Shown piece by piece: positions 20,334 through 31,965 of a stretch of DNA of 64,000 nucleotides. Source of the stretch: an uncultured archaeon. GTDB lineage: Archaea; Asgardarchaeota; Lokiarchaeia; Sigyniarchaeales; SOKP01. A program made the position numbers and the translations under genes. The stretch lies in contig CAZALK010000001.1 in NCBI GenBank assembly GCA_964486045.1, positions 360,242 to 424,241 on the forward strand, written 5' to 3'. The notes under the pieces are model-generated. The model was not told the origin of the DNA. It searched no databases and saw only the letters and a list, made by a program, of their open reading frames with translations. The number at the start of each line of letters is the position of its first letter. Within the stretch, counting starts at the first letter, position 1.

Positions 20334-21698
20334 CTAAAATTTACCCAATTTTTTCATAAAATCTCCTGCAACTTTTCCACCGGGCATACCTGGAAATCCC
20401 TTTCCTTTTTTCTGCATTTGGAGGAATCTCTTCATAAATTTTTTCATCTGTCCGTATTGTTCGAGCATCCGATTAATCACGGAGTAATTCGTTCCACTTC
20501 CAACCGCAATTCTTCTTTTTCTCTTCTTCTTGATAATTTTCGGTTCCATCTTCTCTTCATGGGTCATTGAATCTAAGACAACTCTCCATCGTTCGAGATT
20601 TCTTTCAGCGTCATCCTTTAAAGCGTCTGGAATATTCCCTCCACCCATCATAGATAAGATTTGTTGGAATTTTCCTACCTTTTTAATACTCTTTAGCTGT
20701 AGGTAAAGATCCTCAAGCGTAAATTTCCCATGCATCATACGTTTTACCATTTCATCATCTGGTGCAATTTCCGCTTCTTGTACTCTTTGAACTAGTGATT
20801 CTATATCTGGAACTCCAAGAAGAGTCCCAACAAACTTTGAAGGTTCAAATTCTTCAAGATCATCGATTTTTTCTCCCATACCTATAAATCTTATACCAAC
20901 ATTCGTTGCGGCACATGCAGATAGTGCCCCTCCACCTTTAGCAGTTCCGTCTAATTTTGTAACAATAATACTCCCAAGATTAGAGGTTTTAGCAAAAATC
21001 TCTGCCTGAATGAATGCTTGTTGGCCAAGAGTTCCATCAATTACTAAGCAAACTTCGTTAGGTTTAAGTTTTTGTACAAGAATGGCCATTTCTTTCATAA
21101 GTTCTTTTTCTTCTTTATGTCTCCCTGCTGTATCAGCAATTATCAAGTCATTACCGTCATTTATAGCTTTTTTTGTTTCTTGAATCGCAATTTTAATTGC
21201 ATTTTTTTCATTTGGATTCCCATAGCATTTCACCCCTATTTGTTCAGTTAATTGCACTAATTGTTCATATGCGCCAGGTCGCCATGTATCAGTTGTTAAT
21301 GCTGCAACCTTATACCCTTTACTCTTATAATATTTTGCTAGTTTACCAATTGTTGTTGTTTTACCAGAACCTTGAATCCCAACAAGCAAAATAACATTCT
21401 TTTTTCCAGGTTTTATTCGAATTGGGGCTGGTCTGCCTCCTAAAAGATGAATAAGCTTATCATGTACCAACTTTATTATGAAATCTTTCCGTCGTGCTTT
21501 CTGCAACTTCGTGTTCATTGCTTCTTTTCTTATACTTTCTGTCATCTCAAAGACTATTTCTACGCGTACGTCAGCTTGTAGTAAACTACGTTGAAGATCT
21601 TGAAGAAATGCGTTCACGGCACCTTTATCTACAATGGGCAATCGCTTAATTTTTCGAATTGCATTATCCAATGATCTACCAAGTTTTTCTAAAACCAT
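20334..21698 (-). CDS. srp54: Signal recognition particle protein SRP54
   Basis: GIQGSGKTTT, DTAGR, TKLDGTAKGGG and a Met-rich M domain. Confidence 0.98.
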   Translation of the reverse strand: MVLEKLGRSLDNAIRKIKRLPIVDKGAVNAFLQDLQRSLLQADVRVEIVFEMTESIRKEAMNTKLQKARRKDFIIKLVHDKLIHLLGGRPAPIRIKPGKKNVILLVGIQGSGKTTTIGKLAKYYKSKGYKVAALTTDTWRPGAYEQLVQLTEQIGVKCYGNPNEKNAIKIAIQETKKAINDGNDLIIADTAGRHKEEKELMKEMAILVQKLKPNEVCLVIDGTLGQQAFIQAEIFAKTSNLGSIIVTKLDGTAKGGGALSACAATNVGIRFIGMGEKIDDLEEFEPSKFVGTLLGVPDIESLVQRVQEAEIAPDDEMVKRMMHGKFTLEDLYLQLKSIKKVGKFQQILSMMGGGNIPDALKDDAERNLERWRVVLDSMTHEEKMEPKIIKKKRKRRIAVGSGTNYSVINRMLEQYGQMKKFMKRFLQMQKKGKGFPGMPGGKVAGDFMKKLGKF

Positions 21699-21851
21699 TT
21701 AATCCCAACTTGCAAAATTTTATTTGTATTTGAAATAAATCTTAAAAACTAATATTTTTTTTTGTTAAAATATAATATTATCATAAGTTAAAAGAAATGT
21801 CAAAAATAAAAAATTTTGGTAACAATTTAACAAACTGAGGTGTAAAGCTAA

Positions 21852-22292
21852 TTGTCTATTAGAAGAACAGAGATACAGAAATTAAAGACTGGGCAATATA
21901 TCATGGTTGGAGAAGGAGATGAGGCCGAACCTTGTATTATCAAGGCTACGGAAAGAAGTAAAAGTGGTAAACATGGTCACGCAAAAGTTAGGGTAGTATG
22001 TGTCGGTCTCTTTGACAACAATAAACGCTCACTTACCATTCCAAGCGGTCATATGGTTGAGATTCCTGAAATATTTAAGGGAAGTGCTCAAATCAATTTT
22101 ATCGAAGATAATGCAATAAATATTATGGATTTAGAATCTTATGAATCAATTGACGTTGATTGGCCGAAGGATGAGAATTTAATAAAGAAATTAAAAGAAC
22201 TTCAAGCAGATCCAGATAAAATATCAACCGCACAGGTAGATTATTGGAAACTAGCAAATAGGACACTTTTAAATAGAGTTTTCACTAACTAA
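21852..22292 (+). CDS. eif5a: Translation factor aIF5A
   Basis: Hypusination loop SKSGKHGHAK. Confidence 0.96.
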   Translation: MSIRRTEIQKLKTGQYIMVGEGDEAEPCIIKATERSKSGKHGHAKVRVVCVGLFDNNKRSLTIPSGHMVEIPEIFKGSAQINFIEDNAINIMDLESYESIDVDWPKDENLIKKLKELQADPDKISTAQVDYWKLANRTLLNRVFTN

Positions 22293-22417
22293 ACTCGCTC
22301 TGAAAATCAAAAGATTCAAAAGTCAATAACTTTAATTTCCAAATAATCCTTTATTTTTTGGATCAAGATTTAGAATTGATAAATTGGGTAGGAATTCATT
22401 TCAAAAGGCAAGGAATT

Positions 22418-23326
22418 ATGGAAAAAAAACCTGTTGCATTAGCATGTAGATTGGATTCAGAAAGAGCAATTAAGTTAGCGAAGAAAATATTTGAATTCCT
22501 GGTTCAGAAGGGGGAAGTTGTATATTTAGAAACAAGAATCGCTCCTAAAATTTTTCCACATAATGGTATGGATTTGAGTGAGATGACAGATGAAAACATA
22601 AAATTCATAATAATTATCGGTGGAGATGGTTCTATACTACGAGTTGCTGGCAGTTTGTCTCAAAGAGATCCTCCACCTATTTTAGGAGTAAATGTAGGTT
22701 CTGTAGGTTTCTTGGATGAGTCGAACGAGAGGATAATATTTAAAGATTTAACAAAGGCATTAAATGGTGAATTTGAATATGAAACGAGTTCAAAGATTAC
22801 GCCCTATATAGTTAAAAACTCCGATGAAATTAGGTTGAATGATGCGTTAAATGAAGTTTTGATTGTATCTTCAAAGAGTTCTAAAGTTTTACAAATATCA
22901 ATAAGGATTAACAATGTTTTTCTTAACAGAAGTTATTTAGATGGTGTAATTATTTCAACATCAACTGGATCTACAGCATATAATTTAAGTGCGGGAGGGG
23001 CAATTGTTAATCCGAATATAGAAATCATGCAAATTACACCTTTAAATAGTTTTGCTGGATCAGGATTAAAACCAATAATAGTTCCTCTGGATTCTGTTGT
23101 TGAGATTCAGCTTTTAAGACCTCGTTTAGACGCTAAAATAGTCATTGATGGACAGCGGATAATAAAGAGAATTGCTCCTAATACAAAAATTAGGATTCGT
23201 AGATCAAATTCTAAAAATAAGTTTATTCGGTTTAGTAGAAATTATTATTCACGTTTAAGAAAGAAAATTATCGGAACTGTTAGAGTCCCTTTGGATGATA
23301 GTCCAGAAGAATATTACCATGAATGA
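22418..23326 (+). CDS. nadK: NAD(+) kinase
   Basis: GGDGS, GFL, NE and STGSTAYNLSAGG motifs; start moved to ATG 22418. Confidence 0.95.
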   Translation: MEKKPVALACRLDSERAIKLAKKIFEFLVQKGEVVYLETRIAPKIFPHNGMDLSEMTDENIKFIIIIGGDGSILRVAGSLSQRDPPPILGVNVGSVGFLDESNERIIFKDLTKALNGEFEYETSSKITPYIVKNSDEIRLNDALNEVLIVSSKSSKVLQISIRINNVFLNRSYLDGVIISTSTGSTAYNLSAGGAIVNPNIEIMQITPLNSFAGSGLKPIIVPLDSVVEIQLLRPRLDAKIVIDGQRIIKRIAPNTKIRIRRSNSKNKFIRFSRNYYSRLRKKIIGTVRVPLDDSPEEYYHE

Positions 23327-23873
23327 TGACATATCACGTTTAGTTTTTGACACTAATATTTTTTTAAAAGGATTAGAGTTTAATTTAATTCCAGGTACAA
23401 TTTACACCACTCCATGGATTATCGAAGAAATCAAAGTCGATAAGTATAAAGATAAAAATAGAAATATCTTGAACAGGATACATGTCGCAATTGATAGCAA
23501 GAAGTTAATTATAAGATCTCCTTTAGGAAAGTATTTTAAAATTGTAGAAAAATTCGCAAAGAAAACTGGAGATTTTAATGCATTATCAGATGCAGATAAA
23601 CAACTGATAGCTATTGCTATGGAACTTATCGATACTTCGAACCAAAGTGTAATTCTTTTTTCTAATGATTATTCTATTGAGAACGTTTGTTCTGAACTAA
23701 ATATCCCGTATTCTCCTTTATATAAAGAAGGAATTGAAACAAAAATTATATGGGAAATTTATTGCCCATCTTGTCAGAAAACATTTAAAGCTGAGGACCT
23801 GACGAAAAAATGTGAAATATGTGGATCAGAATTAAAAAGGAGACCACAAAATAAGAAATTAGAATCGTGGTAA
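23319..23873 (+). CDS. nob1: Nob1-like PIN-domain rRNA endonuclease with Zn ribbon
   Basis: VFDTN, TGDFNALSDAD, NDYSIENV, CPSC/CEICG; ATG 23319 overlaps the nadK stop. Confidence 0.92.
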   Translation: MNDDISRLVFDTNIFLKGLEFNLIPGTIYTTPWIIEEIKVDKYKDKNRNILNRIHVAIDSKKLIIRSPLGKYFKIVEKFAKKTGDFNALSDADKQLIAIAMELIDTSNQSVILFSNDYSIENVCSELNIPYSPLYKEGIETKIIWEIYCPSCQKTFKAEDLTKKCEICGSELKRRPQNKKLESW

Positions 23874-23932
23874 TTATATAAATTAAATCATAAATTATGA
23901 TTACATAAGCAAAAAATAGGTAAAAGTGCAAA

Positions 23933-24988
23933 ATGGGGCTGAAAATAAATGAATTAGTAAATGAAGTCAAGAGAACGATAACCTTTGATAATCTATTTAA
24001 AAAAATCATAAGTATTGATGCATTTAACACAATTTATCAATTCTTAGCTATAATACGCCAACGAGACGGAACTCCTTTAAAAGATTACCAAGGAAATGTA
24101 ACATCACATTTATCAGGATTGTTCTATAGGAGTATAAACTTTTTAGAGTACAATATCAAACCTGTATATGTTTTTGATGGGATATCATCTGAATTAAAAT
24201 TAGACACGATTAGAGCAAGGAAAAAAATAAAAGAGGAGGCTAGGAAAAAAATGGTTGAAGCTCAAGATGCTGAGGATTTTAAAGAAGCTAAAAAATATGC
24301 TCAATTAACATCGAAACTTAACACAAATATGGTTGAAGAGAGTAAAAAATTAATTGAATCTATGGGTATCCCGTTAATTCAAGCAAGCTCTGAAGGTGAA
24401 GCTCAATCCGCGTATATGGTTGAAGTTGGAGATGCTTGGGCGTGTGCTTCTCAAGATTATGACACATTATTATTTGGAGGGGAACGATTACTTCGCAATT
24501 TCGCTATTAATAGAAGCAGAAAAGTAAAGGATACAACAGTTACCCTAGATATAGAGTACGTTTCATTATCGAAATTTTTAAAAGACTTAGAAATAAATCG
24601 TGAACAGTTAGTTGAGATGGGTATTTTAATTGGTAATGATTTTTTCCCGGGAATTAAAGGAATTGGTCAAAAAACTGCCTTAAATTTAATTAAAAAATTT
24701 GGTTCTATCGAAAACATCTTAAAAAATAAAATTAAAGTTGGAAGTAAAGAGATTCTCTTGGATCTCAACCTTGTGGAACAAGTAAGGAATATTTTCTTAA
24801 TTCCTGATGTTAAAAAGGACTATATTATTCCAAAGTCTAAAAAAATCAACTTCGAAAGAATAGAAGAATTATTAATAGAAGAACACAATTTTTCAAGGCA
24901 GAGGGTAGAAAACGCTTTAGATCGCCTAAGAAAATTAGATTCTTCTAAAGTACAAGTATCGTTAGACGATTTTCTTAAAAATTCTTAA
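23933..24988 (+). CDS. fen: Flap endonuclease 1
   Basis: DAFNTIYQFL, EGEAQ, SQDYD, GIGQKTA and a C-terminal PIP box QVSLDDF. Confidence 0.97.
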   Translation: MGLKINELVNEVKRTITFDNLFKKIISIDAFNTIYQFLAIIRQRDGTPLKDYQGNVTSHLSGLFYRSINFLEYNIKPVYVFDGISSELKLDTIRARKKIKEEARKKMVEAQDAEDFKEAKKYAQLTSKLNTNMVEESKKLIESMGIPLIQASSEGEAQSAYMVEVGDAWACASQDYDTLLFGGERLLRNFAINRSRKVKDTTVTLDIEYVSLSKFLKDLEINREQLVEMGILIGNDFFPGIKGIGQKTALNLIKKFGSIENILKNKIKVGSKEILLDLNLVEQVRNIFLIPDVKKDYIIPKSKKINFERIEELLIEEHNFSRQRVENALDRLRKLDSSKVQVSLDDFLKNS

Positions 24989-25077
24989 GGATCGTTTTTT
25001 AAAAAAAAAGAAAAATTTTTACAGAATTATTATTTTAAAATATTAGTAGAAAAATAAATGTAAACAAATTATTTATC

Positions 25078-27321
25078 ATGTCATCGAAAGACAATAAAGA
25101 AGATGAAGGCAAGGAGAAAGAAGAAAAACATACTCCAGTAGTAGTTTTGAGAGTCCAAAAAGCTAAAAAGAGAGATATTGGGCGCAATATCATCAGAATT
25201 GATCAAAAAACTATGGAAAAATTGAATATCCAAACAGGTGATGTGATAGAAGTTATCGGAAAAAAACAAAGTGCAGGAATAGCGTGGCCAAGTTACCCTC
25301 AAGATAATGGGTTGGGTATTGTCAGAGTTGACTCTAGATTACAGAAGAACACAGCAACAAAAATTGATGATACGTTAGAAATACGTAAAGTAAAAGCAGA
25401 GGTTGCCCAAAATATAGTGTTAGCACCATCTAGTGTAAAATTAAAAAATACCCCTAGATTCGAAAGTTTTGTCAAAAGAAAGTTAAATAACTACCCTATA
25501 ACAATTGATGATTTTGTTTTCATATCTTTAGGAATCAGTAGAGAGATTACTTTTAAAGTAATTAGTATGAGACCAAACGCTGTTTGCCAAATAAAACCAG
25601 ATACAGTGTTAAATATCAGTGAAAAAGTTACTGAAGATGTTGAGACTGGTATTGGTTATATCACGTATGAAGATGTTGGTGGTCTGGATAGAGAAATCCA
25701 ACGTGTAAGAGAAATGGTTGAATTACCTTTAAGACATCCTTCTTTATTTAAAAGATTAGGAATAGATCCTCCAAAAGGGGTATTATTAAGAGGACCACCA
25801 GGTTGTGGGAAGACACTGTTAGCTAAAGCTGTTGCTAATGAGAGTGAGGCACATTTTATTTCGATAAATGGACCAGAGGTTATGAGCAAATTCTATGGTG
25901 AATCTGAGAAAAAATTGCGAAAAATTTTTATTGAAGCAGAAGAAAAAAGCCCATCGATAATCTTTATTGATGAAATAGATGCAATTGCTCCAAAAAGAGA
26001 AACTGTTACCGGAGAAGTAGAACGTCGAGTAGTTGCTCAGCTTTTAGCTTTAATGGATGGTTTACATGGAAGAGGGAAGGTTATTGTTATTGGTGCAACT
26101 AATAGACCAAATAGTTTAGATCCTGCTCTAAGGAGACCTGGAAGGTTTGATCGTGAAATTGAGATAAAAGTGCCCAATGAAAAGGGGAGATTAGAGATTT
26201 TTCAAATCCATACTCGAAATATGCCATTAGATAAAAAAATTTCATTAAAAGAATTTTCACAGATAACTCATGGAATGGTTGGGGCAGATATATCTGCTGT
26301 AGCCCGAGAGGCAGCAATGGCCGCGTTACGAAGATATTTACCAAAAATAGATTTAGACTCAGAAATAATCGATCCAGAGTTATTAGAACAAATTGAGGTA
26401 ACTCAAAATGATTTCGAATCAGCCTTAAAAGAAGTTTTACCTTCCGGAATAAGAGAAGTATTTGTTGAAGTCCCAAATGTACCTTGGGATCAAGTAGGAG
26501 GTTTAGAAGAGTTAAAACAAAGATTAGTTGAGGCTGTAGAATGGCCATTATCACATCCGAATATATTTACTCGTATGGGAATATCTCCTCCGAAAGGGAT
26601 TTTACTATATGGTCCTCCTGGATGTGGAAAAACCTTACTTGCGAGGGCTGTTGCAACTGAAAGTAAAGCGAATTTCATATCAATAAAAGGACCTGAACTT
26701 TTATCCAAATGGGTAGGAGAAAGTGAAAAAGCTATAAGAGAGATATTTCGTAAAGCCAAAATGGCTGCTCCCTGCATTGTCTTTTTTGACGAATTCGATT
26801 CAATAGCACCAAGTCGAGGAAGGCACACATCTGATTCAGGAGTATCAGAAAAAGTTCTATCTCAATTATTAACAGAATTGGATGGATTAGAAGTGATGAA
26901 AGATATCGTTGTGATTGCGGCAACTAACCGACCGGACATTTTAGATCCAGCGTTAATTAGGCCTGGAAGAATCGATCGTATATTATTAGTTCCTGCTCCT
27001 GAGGAAAAAGCAAGGATTGAGATCTTAAACATTTTCACAAAAGGTATGCCCCTTGCTGCAAATACAAACATTGAAAAATTAGGGGAATTAACAAATGGTT
27101 TTTCTGGCGCTGATATAGAAACATGGTGCCGTGAAGCTGCGATGTTAGCTCTAAGAGAAAATATAAGAGCGAGAAAAGTCACAGTAGATCATTTTAAAGA
27201 AGCAATAAAAGAGATGCATCCTTCAATGACTAAAGAGATTATTGATTGGTATGAAAAATTCGGTGAAAAATTAAAAAGTCGAAGAATTGAGGAAACAAAA
27301 GAAGATCAGTTGTTCGTATAA
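25078..27321 (+). CDS. cdc48: CDC48/VCP-family AAA ATPase
   Basis: N-domain plus two AAA modules (GPPGCGKT twice, RPGRFDR/RPGRIDR); C-terminal LFV tail. Confidence 0.97.
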   Translation: MSSKDNKEDEGKEKEEKHTPVVVLRVQKAKKRDIGRNIIRIDQKTMEKLNIQTGDVIEVIGKKQSAGIAWPSYPQDNGLGIVRVDSRLQKNTATKIDDTLEIRKVKAEVAQNIVLAPSSVKLKNTPRFESFVKRKLNNYPITIDDFVFISLGISREITFKVISMRPNAVCQIKPDTVLNISEKVTEDVETGIGYITYEDVGGLDREIQRVREMVELPLRHPSLFKRLGIDPPKGVLLRGPPGCGKTLLAKAVANESEAHFISINGPEVMSKFYGESEKKLRKIFIEAEEKSPSIIFIDEIDAIAPKRETVTGEVERRVVAQLLALMDGLHGRGKVIVIGATNRPNSLDPALRRPGRFDREIEIKVPNEKGRLEIFQIHTRNMPLDKKISLKEFSQITHGMVGADISAVAREAAMAALRRYLPKIDLDSEIIDPELLEQIEVTQNDFESALKEVLPSGIREVFVEVPNVPWDQVGGLEELKQRLVEAVEWPLSHPNIFTRMGISPPKGILLYGPPGCGKTLLARAVATESKANFISIKGPELLSKWVGESEKAIREIFRKAKMAAPCIVFFDEFDSIAPSRGRHTSDSGVSEKVLSQLLTELDGLEVMKDIVVIAATNRPDILDPALIRPGRIDRILLVPAPEEKARIEILNIFTKGMPLAANTNIEKLGELTNGFSGADIETWCREAAMLALRENIRARKVTVDHFKEAIKEMHPSMTKEIIDWYEKFGEKLKSRRIEETKEDQLFV

Positions 27322-27396
27322 AGAACATAACATTATTTAAAAAAAAAATATTAGTAATAGCAATTTAATACAACAATTATTAAATAAAAACATCAG

Positions 27397-27678
27397 GTGG
27401 TTAATATCGAATCTAATCGTTGGAATCAAAAACCAGTAATAAATTCAATTATGGATCTCTTAATCAAAAACAAGGGAGAAATTTTGGATAAGCGCCTTGA
27501 AGATCTCTTAAAGAAAGAATTCCCATATGTTAATTCTATAATGTTGGAAGAATTATTTATGAAAATGGAGAGTATGGGAATAATTAATGTTTTTCGTGTT
27601 TCAAAGAATAAGAAGATGATAGTTTATAACAAACGCAGCAAAGTCATTAGAGAAGCATTAATTACAGATTTAATTTAA
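27397..27678 (+). CDS. Small putative winged-helix protein
   Basis: Three-helix plus beta-wing pattern (LFMKMESMGIINV...MIVY). Confidence 0.6.
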   Translation: MVNIESNRWNQKPVINSIMDLLIKNKGEILDKRLEDLLKKEFPYVNSIMLEELFMKMESMGIINVFRVSKNKKMIVYNKRSKVIREALITDLI

Positions 27679-29196
27679 TTGATCTTTATTCCATTTCAAA
27701 CAAACATGAGATAGTGATATTTTGTCTGTCCCAGATTTATATTTTCTTTCTCTTATGTCAATAAAAACAGGATAGTTTACTGCATTTCCCATTAACAGCA
27801 TTTCACCCACACCTAAGCTTGAGATCATGTTAGCATATTCTTTAGTGATTGCCTCAGAACTATCCATAAGGTGTTTTAAGTCATATGGATTTTTTATATT
27901 TAAAACCATTTTTGAATTACACTGAGAAAGTGCAGTAGTACTTAATCTTTTAGGTCTTTGGCTAATCAGACATAAACATGCCATGAATTTTCTTCCCTCC
28001 CTTGCAATCATTTCAATTATAGGTTTCGAAATCGCTTTAGAATGAGCTGCTTCAGGACAAAACTGATGTGCTTCCTCAATAATTAATAAGAAGGGCGGAA
28101 TTTTATTCATCCTTCTTAATTTAAACAATTGATTGCAAATATAATCTAAAATGATTTGTTTCTTTCTAATACTTATCTCTTTTTGAAGGTTAAAAATAGT
28201 AATTTTTTGTTTTTCAATTACTTTATTTAAAATTGGATTTTCTTGAGAACCGAATAAAGTCAACCTTTCTAAATCAGATAACCACCCTATCAGAGCTTGT
28301 CGCGTGCTTTTATTTCCATCAGAGTCATTTTCAATTTGACTAATAATATCACTTATTGAATAACGCCCTTTAGTTTCACCACTTTTCTTTATTTTTTTAA
28401 GATATTTTGATAATTCTCTCACTTGAACATTAGAAATATCCTCTTGATATTTTTTAAAGGAATAAGCTGACATTTTAGGTACCGCTATTTGAAAATAAGA
28501 GATATCTTGAATACTTACTCTTTCATTTAATTCAGGAATTTCTTTTAGATATAAATACTCCCCATGTACATCAAAAAGGATTATTGCAGGAGTACCACAT
28601 TCCTCATCTCGTGTTAGCAATTCTTCAATGAGAACCGAGGTAAGATAACTTTTTCCACCGCCGGAAATAGAAAGAATAGCAAAATGTTTGTTCAACAATC
28701 GATTCATATTGATCTTTGCGCACATGGAGGAAACTTTAACTTTACCAAGTTCCAGTCCAAACTCCCTAGAAAAACCAATGAATTGATTGAGAAGGATTTC
28801 TTCTACAATATATACACTCCTTCCTGGACTAGCTGGATAAGTCATCCGTAAAATTTTTTTAATTTCCTTTTTAGAGTTGTCTTTGAATTTTATTATTCCT
28901 AAACATTTTACGATGCCGATCGCGAATTCAAATTCTTCGCTAGGGAATAATCCTTTCAATATGTTTGGATTATTATTGTTATTATAAGCTTTGATAGTTA
29001 AAGCATCGGTAAAATATTCATTTAAAAGAACGATTCGTTCAATAATTCCGATAAGAAATCCTTCCTTAGATTGTGTATAAACAAATAATCCTTTTTGGAT
29101 AAATAATTTATCTTTTCTTTTACTAAGAACGAAAGGGAATAGTGATACATCAGGCAATTGAAGATAATTAAATACTGTTCCGACTTTTAATGCCAT
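27670..29196 (-). CDS. herA: HerA/FtsK-family ATPase with N-terminal HAS barrel
   Basis: HFAILSISGGGKS, FDVHGEY, IEEAHQF, AREGRKF, SQRP. Confidence 0.88.
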   Translation of the reverse strand: MALKVGTVFNYLQLPDVSLFPFVLSKRKDKLFIQKGLFVYTQSKEGFLIGIIERIVLLNEYFTDALTIKAYNNNNNPNILKGLFPSEEFEFAIGIVKCLGIIKFKDNSKKEIKKILRMTYPASPGRSVYIVEEILLNQFIGFSREFGLELGKVKVSSMCAKINMNRLLNKHFAILSISGGGKSYLTSVLIEELLTRDEECGTPAIILFDVHGEYLYLKEIPELNERVSIQDISYFQIAVPKMSAYSFKKYQEDISNVQVRELSKYLKKIKKSGETKGRYSISDIISQIENDSDGNKSTRQALIGWLSDLERLTLFGSQENPILNKVIEKQKITIFNLQKEISIRKKQIILDYICNQLFKLRRMNKIPPFLLIIEEAHQFCPEAAHSKAISKPIIEMIAREGRKFMACLCLISQRPKRLSTTALSQCNSKMVLNIKNPYDLKHLMDSSEAITKEYANMISSLGVGEMLLMGNAVNYPVFIDIRERKYKSGTDKISLSHVCLKWNKDQLN

Positions 29197-29346
29197 TTTT
29201 TTAATTTAGCAGATGTAGTTTATCAAAAAAAATAATATAATAATAAAAAAAGATCAAAAGGGAATAAAAAAACGATAAGAGCAAAAGATTATTGATTTAA
29301 ATAGAAAAACAAATTAAAATTCATTTTTTCCTTTATTAAGTTAGTC

Positions 29347-29970
29347 TTATTCTTTCTCGTCCTCTTTCTCTAAGGCACCCATTATTTTCAAAATTAAGTA
29401 ATACCCGTTTTTCCAAAAGTAAATCATAAAAAGAGAGGAACCAACAAGAAGAAATATTCCAAGCCCTATGGCTAAAACCCAAGGTCCTGTGCTAGTTAAA
29501 AAAGTAATATCTGAAAAAGATCCTCCAGGCCCAGCTAACACATCCCAAATGATGGCTAAAATTACGCCAATTATAATTGCAATAATACTTACTAATAATC
29601 CACCGGCTGCAATTTTCACTCCCTTTCGATTTTTATATCTTGCTTCTAGCTCTCTTTTTTTATATATAAAACTCATTAGTGAACGTGAAGATTTTCTGAA
29701 TAATCCTGAAAAGAACACCAATAAGAAAAACAATCCTGCTAAAAGACCACCAATAATTGCAATTTTATATCCCAAATTTAAATCCAAAAATAATTGGGTT
29801 TTCCCTGTTCGCCCAACAAAAATATCAGCAAGAGTCCATATAATCCCTCCTAGAGTAACGAGACTAGCAGTTACAATCATTACATAAAAAATTCCAGCAA
29901 CTATTCTTTGAGTTTTATTAAACTCTATACTTGGGGTAACAGAAGTATTTTCCATTTTTCTCACATCCAT
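29347..29970 (-). CDS. Four-TM membrane protein with internal 2x hairpin repeat
   Basis: Four hydrophobic segments in two similar halves. Confidence 0.7.
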   Translation of the reverse strand: MDVRKMENTSVTPSIEFNKTQRIVAGIFYVMIVTASLVTLGGIIWTLADIFVGRTGKTQLFLDLNLGYKIAIIGGLLAGLFFLLVFFSGLFRKSSRSLMSFIYKKRELEARYKNRKGVKIAAGGLLVSIIAIIIGVILAIIWDVLAGPGGSFSDITFLTSTGPWVLAIGLGIFLLVGSSLFMIYFWKNGYYLILKIMGALEKEDEKE

Positions 29971-30226
29971 ATATTAATATTATTTCAATTTTTGTTAGTA
30001 TCTTATTTATTCGTGATTTTAGACGATTTGTTGTTTCGTTTTTTTTTTATTTTAAACCCGTGCTTCTTACTTTTCTAAAATTTTTAGATTTTAGATTTAA
30101 AGGTTTTTTATAATTTCTTATCAAAACAACACTATGTATTATTGATTATAGAAAAAATAACAATTTATATATATAAAATTGATGTTTAAAGTAAAAGTAC
30201 AAAAAAAAAAGGAGATAACTTACTAT

Positions 30227-31762
30227 TTATTTAAGTTCACTAGGATTTACATCCCTTAACTTTTTATACAAATTGTTATTTGCCAGTAAATTATACATCT
30301 CATTTGAAAAACGATAAATTTTTCCATAGACTTGGTTATTTACCTCGCGAGAATCCCATTTTTTATCCACTTTACACAAGTTTTCAGCAGCTTTTGAGAT
30401 ATCTGTAAATAATCCTGCCCCAGAGGCTGCAAGTATCGCAGCTCCTAGAGAAGTTGCCTCTTCAATCACATTTCTAATACAGGTAATTCCTAGTACATCA
30501 GCAATAATTTGATTCCATAAATCTGAACGAGAACCACCACCAGTTAGCTTCAATTCCTTAGGTTCTATTCCAATCTCTTTGAAAACTTCCATATTTTTAC
30601 GGATTTCAAAAGCTACACCCTCAAGCACAGCTCTATATATATCCTTTCGTTGATGACCCAATGCTAAGCCAAATAATAGTCCCTTAGCATGAGGGTTCCA
30701 ATGGGGTGATCCTGCTCCAACTAAATGTGGTATTAAAACCAAACCGTTTGCTCCCATAGGAGATTCTTCAGCTTGGGCAGTCATTAAGTCATAGGGATCC
30801 TGACCTTTTTCTTTAGCCAAAAGACTTTCAACCTGACCGACTTGATCTCGAACCCACCTAAGTGTTGCTCCAGTTGTAAAAATACTGGCTTCTTGAACCC
30901 ATGTACCAGGAACAGCATGACAACTACATAAGACACGTTTCTGCGGATCAAAGTTAGGTGCTGCTAAAAAAGCAAGTATAAAGCTTCCAGTTCCAGTTGT
31001 GCATTTCATTTCTCCAGGCGAAACAACCCCTACACCCAATGCTGCAGATTGTTGATCTCCAGCTCCTGTGACTACTAAAGTTTTCTTATCAAACATAGTA
31101 TCATTAGTTATCATTTCTCCTATATCTGTACCACTTGCTAATGTTTCGGGCATTTTATCTAAGTCAAGTTCTAAATCAGAAGCAATTTCATCAGAATACC
31201 TCAAATTTTTTATATCAAATAACATCGTTCGTGAAGCGTTTGAGAAATCAGTATAATATTTGCCTGTTAATTTGAAAATTATGAAATCTGAAACAAGAAG
31301 AAATTTATGAGTTTTTTTGTAAATCTCTGGTTTTTTATCTTTAAACCATAAGATTTTTGGAGCTGAAAAGTAAGGATCAATTGTTAGGCCGGTAGTTTCA
31401 TAAACTTTATCGTTTCCAATTACCTTCTCAATAAATTCTACTTGATCTATCGTTCGTCTATCCTGCCAGACTAAAGCATTATGAAGTGGGTTACCTTCTT
31501 TATCAATCGGAACAATGGTTTCACGTTGATTAGTCACAGATAGGCTCACAATGTCAGTTTTATCAATTCCACTTTTTTTTATTGCTCGTTCAATTGTTTT
31601 TTTAATTGAATTCCACCAAATATTGGCATCTTGCTCAACGTATGATGGAGAAGGGAAATAACTTTCCCATTCTTGGTAATCGCTTGCAATAATTGTCCCA
31701 GCTAAATCAAAAATAAATGTTCTACATCCAGTTGTTCCTAAATCTAATGATGCAATAAACAA
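30227..31762 (-). CDS. FGGY-family kinase (glycerol kinase/xylulokinase-like)
   Basis: DLGTTG, TNQRET, WQDRR, DPYFSAPKILW, GDQQSA, GGGSRS. Confidence 0.92.
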   Translation of the reverse strand: MFIASLDLGTTGCRTFIFDLAGTIIASDYQEWESYFPSPSYVEQDANIWWNSIKKTIERAIKKSGIDKTDIVSLSVTNQRETIVPIDKEGNPLHNALVWQDRRTIDQVEFIEKVIGNDKVYETTGLTIDPYFSAPKILWFKDKKPEIYKKTHKFLLVSDFIIFKLTGKYYTDFSNASRTMLFDIKNLRYSDEIASDLELDLDKMPETLASGTDIGEMITNDTMFDKKTLVVTGAGDQQSAALGVGVVSPGEMKCTTGTGSFILAFLAAPNFDPQKRVLCSCHAVPGTWVQEASIFTTGATLRWVRDQVGQVESLLAKEKGQDPYDLMTAQAEESPMGANGLVLIPHLVGAGSPHWNPHAKGLLFGLALGHQRKDIYRAVLEGVAFEIRKNMEVFKEIGIEPKELKLTGGGSRSDLWNQIIADVLGITCIRNVIEEATSLGAAILAASGAGLFTDISKAAENLCKVDKKWDSREVNNQVYGKIYRFSNEMYNLLANNNLYKKLRDVNPSELK

Positions 31763-31965
31763 AATTGAATCAGTCCTTAATATTTTTAGTTCTTTTAATA
31801 AATTATATATCGAACGATTGAATAAAAATCATTATTAAAGATTTGGATAAAAGAGTAGGATGTACTTAAGTTGTTGATACACACACTCTGAACAGACTAA
31901 TTTACCAAACGCTACACAATAATACTCGATTAATGTTGTTAAAATTATAAGTTGGTCATTATATA

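Noticed and set aside
31836-31960. Minus-strand YYCVAFGKLVCSEC stretch resembling a B-box/Zn-finger remnant
   Set aside because: Too short, no start codon and one Cys missing; cannot be distinguished from chance.
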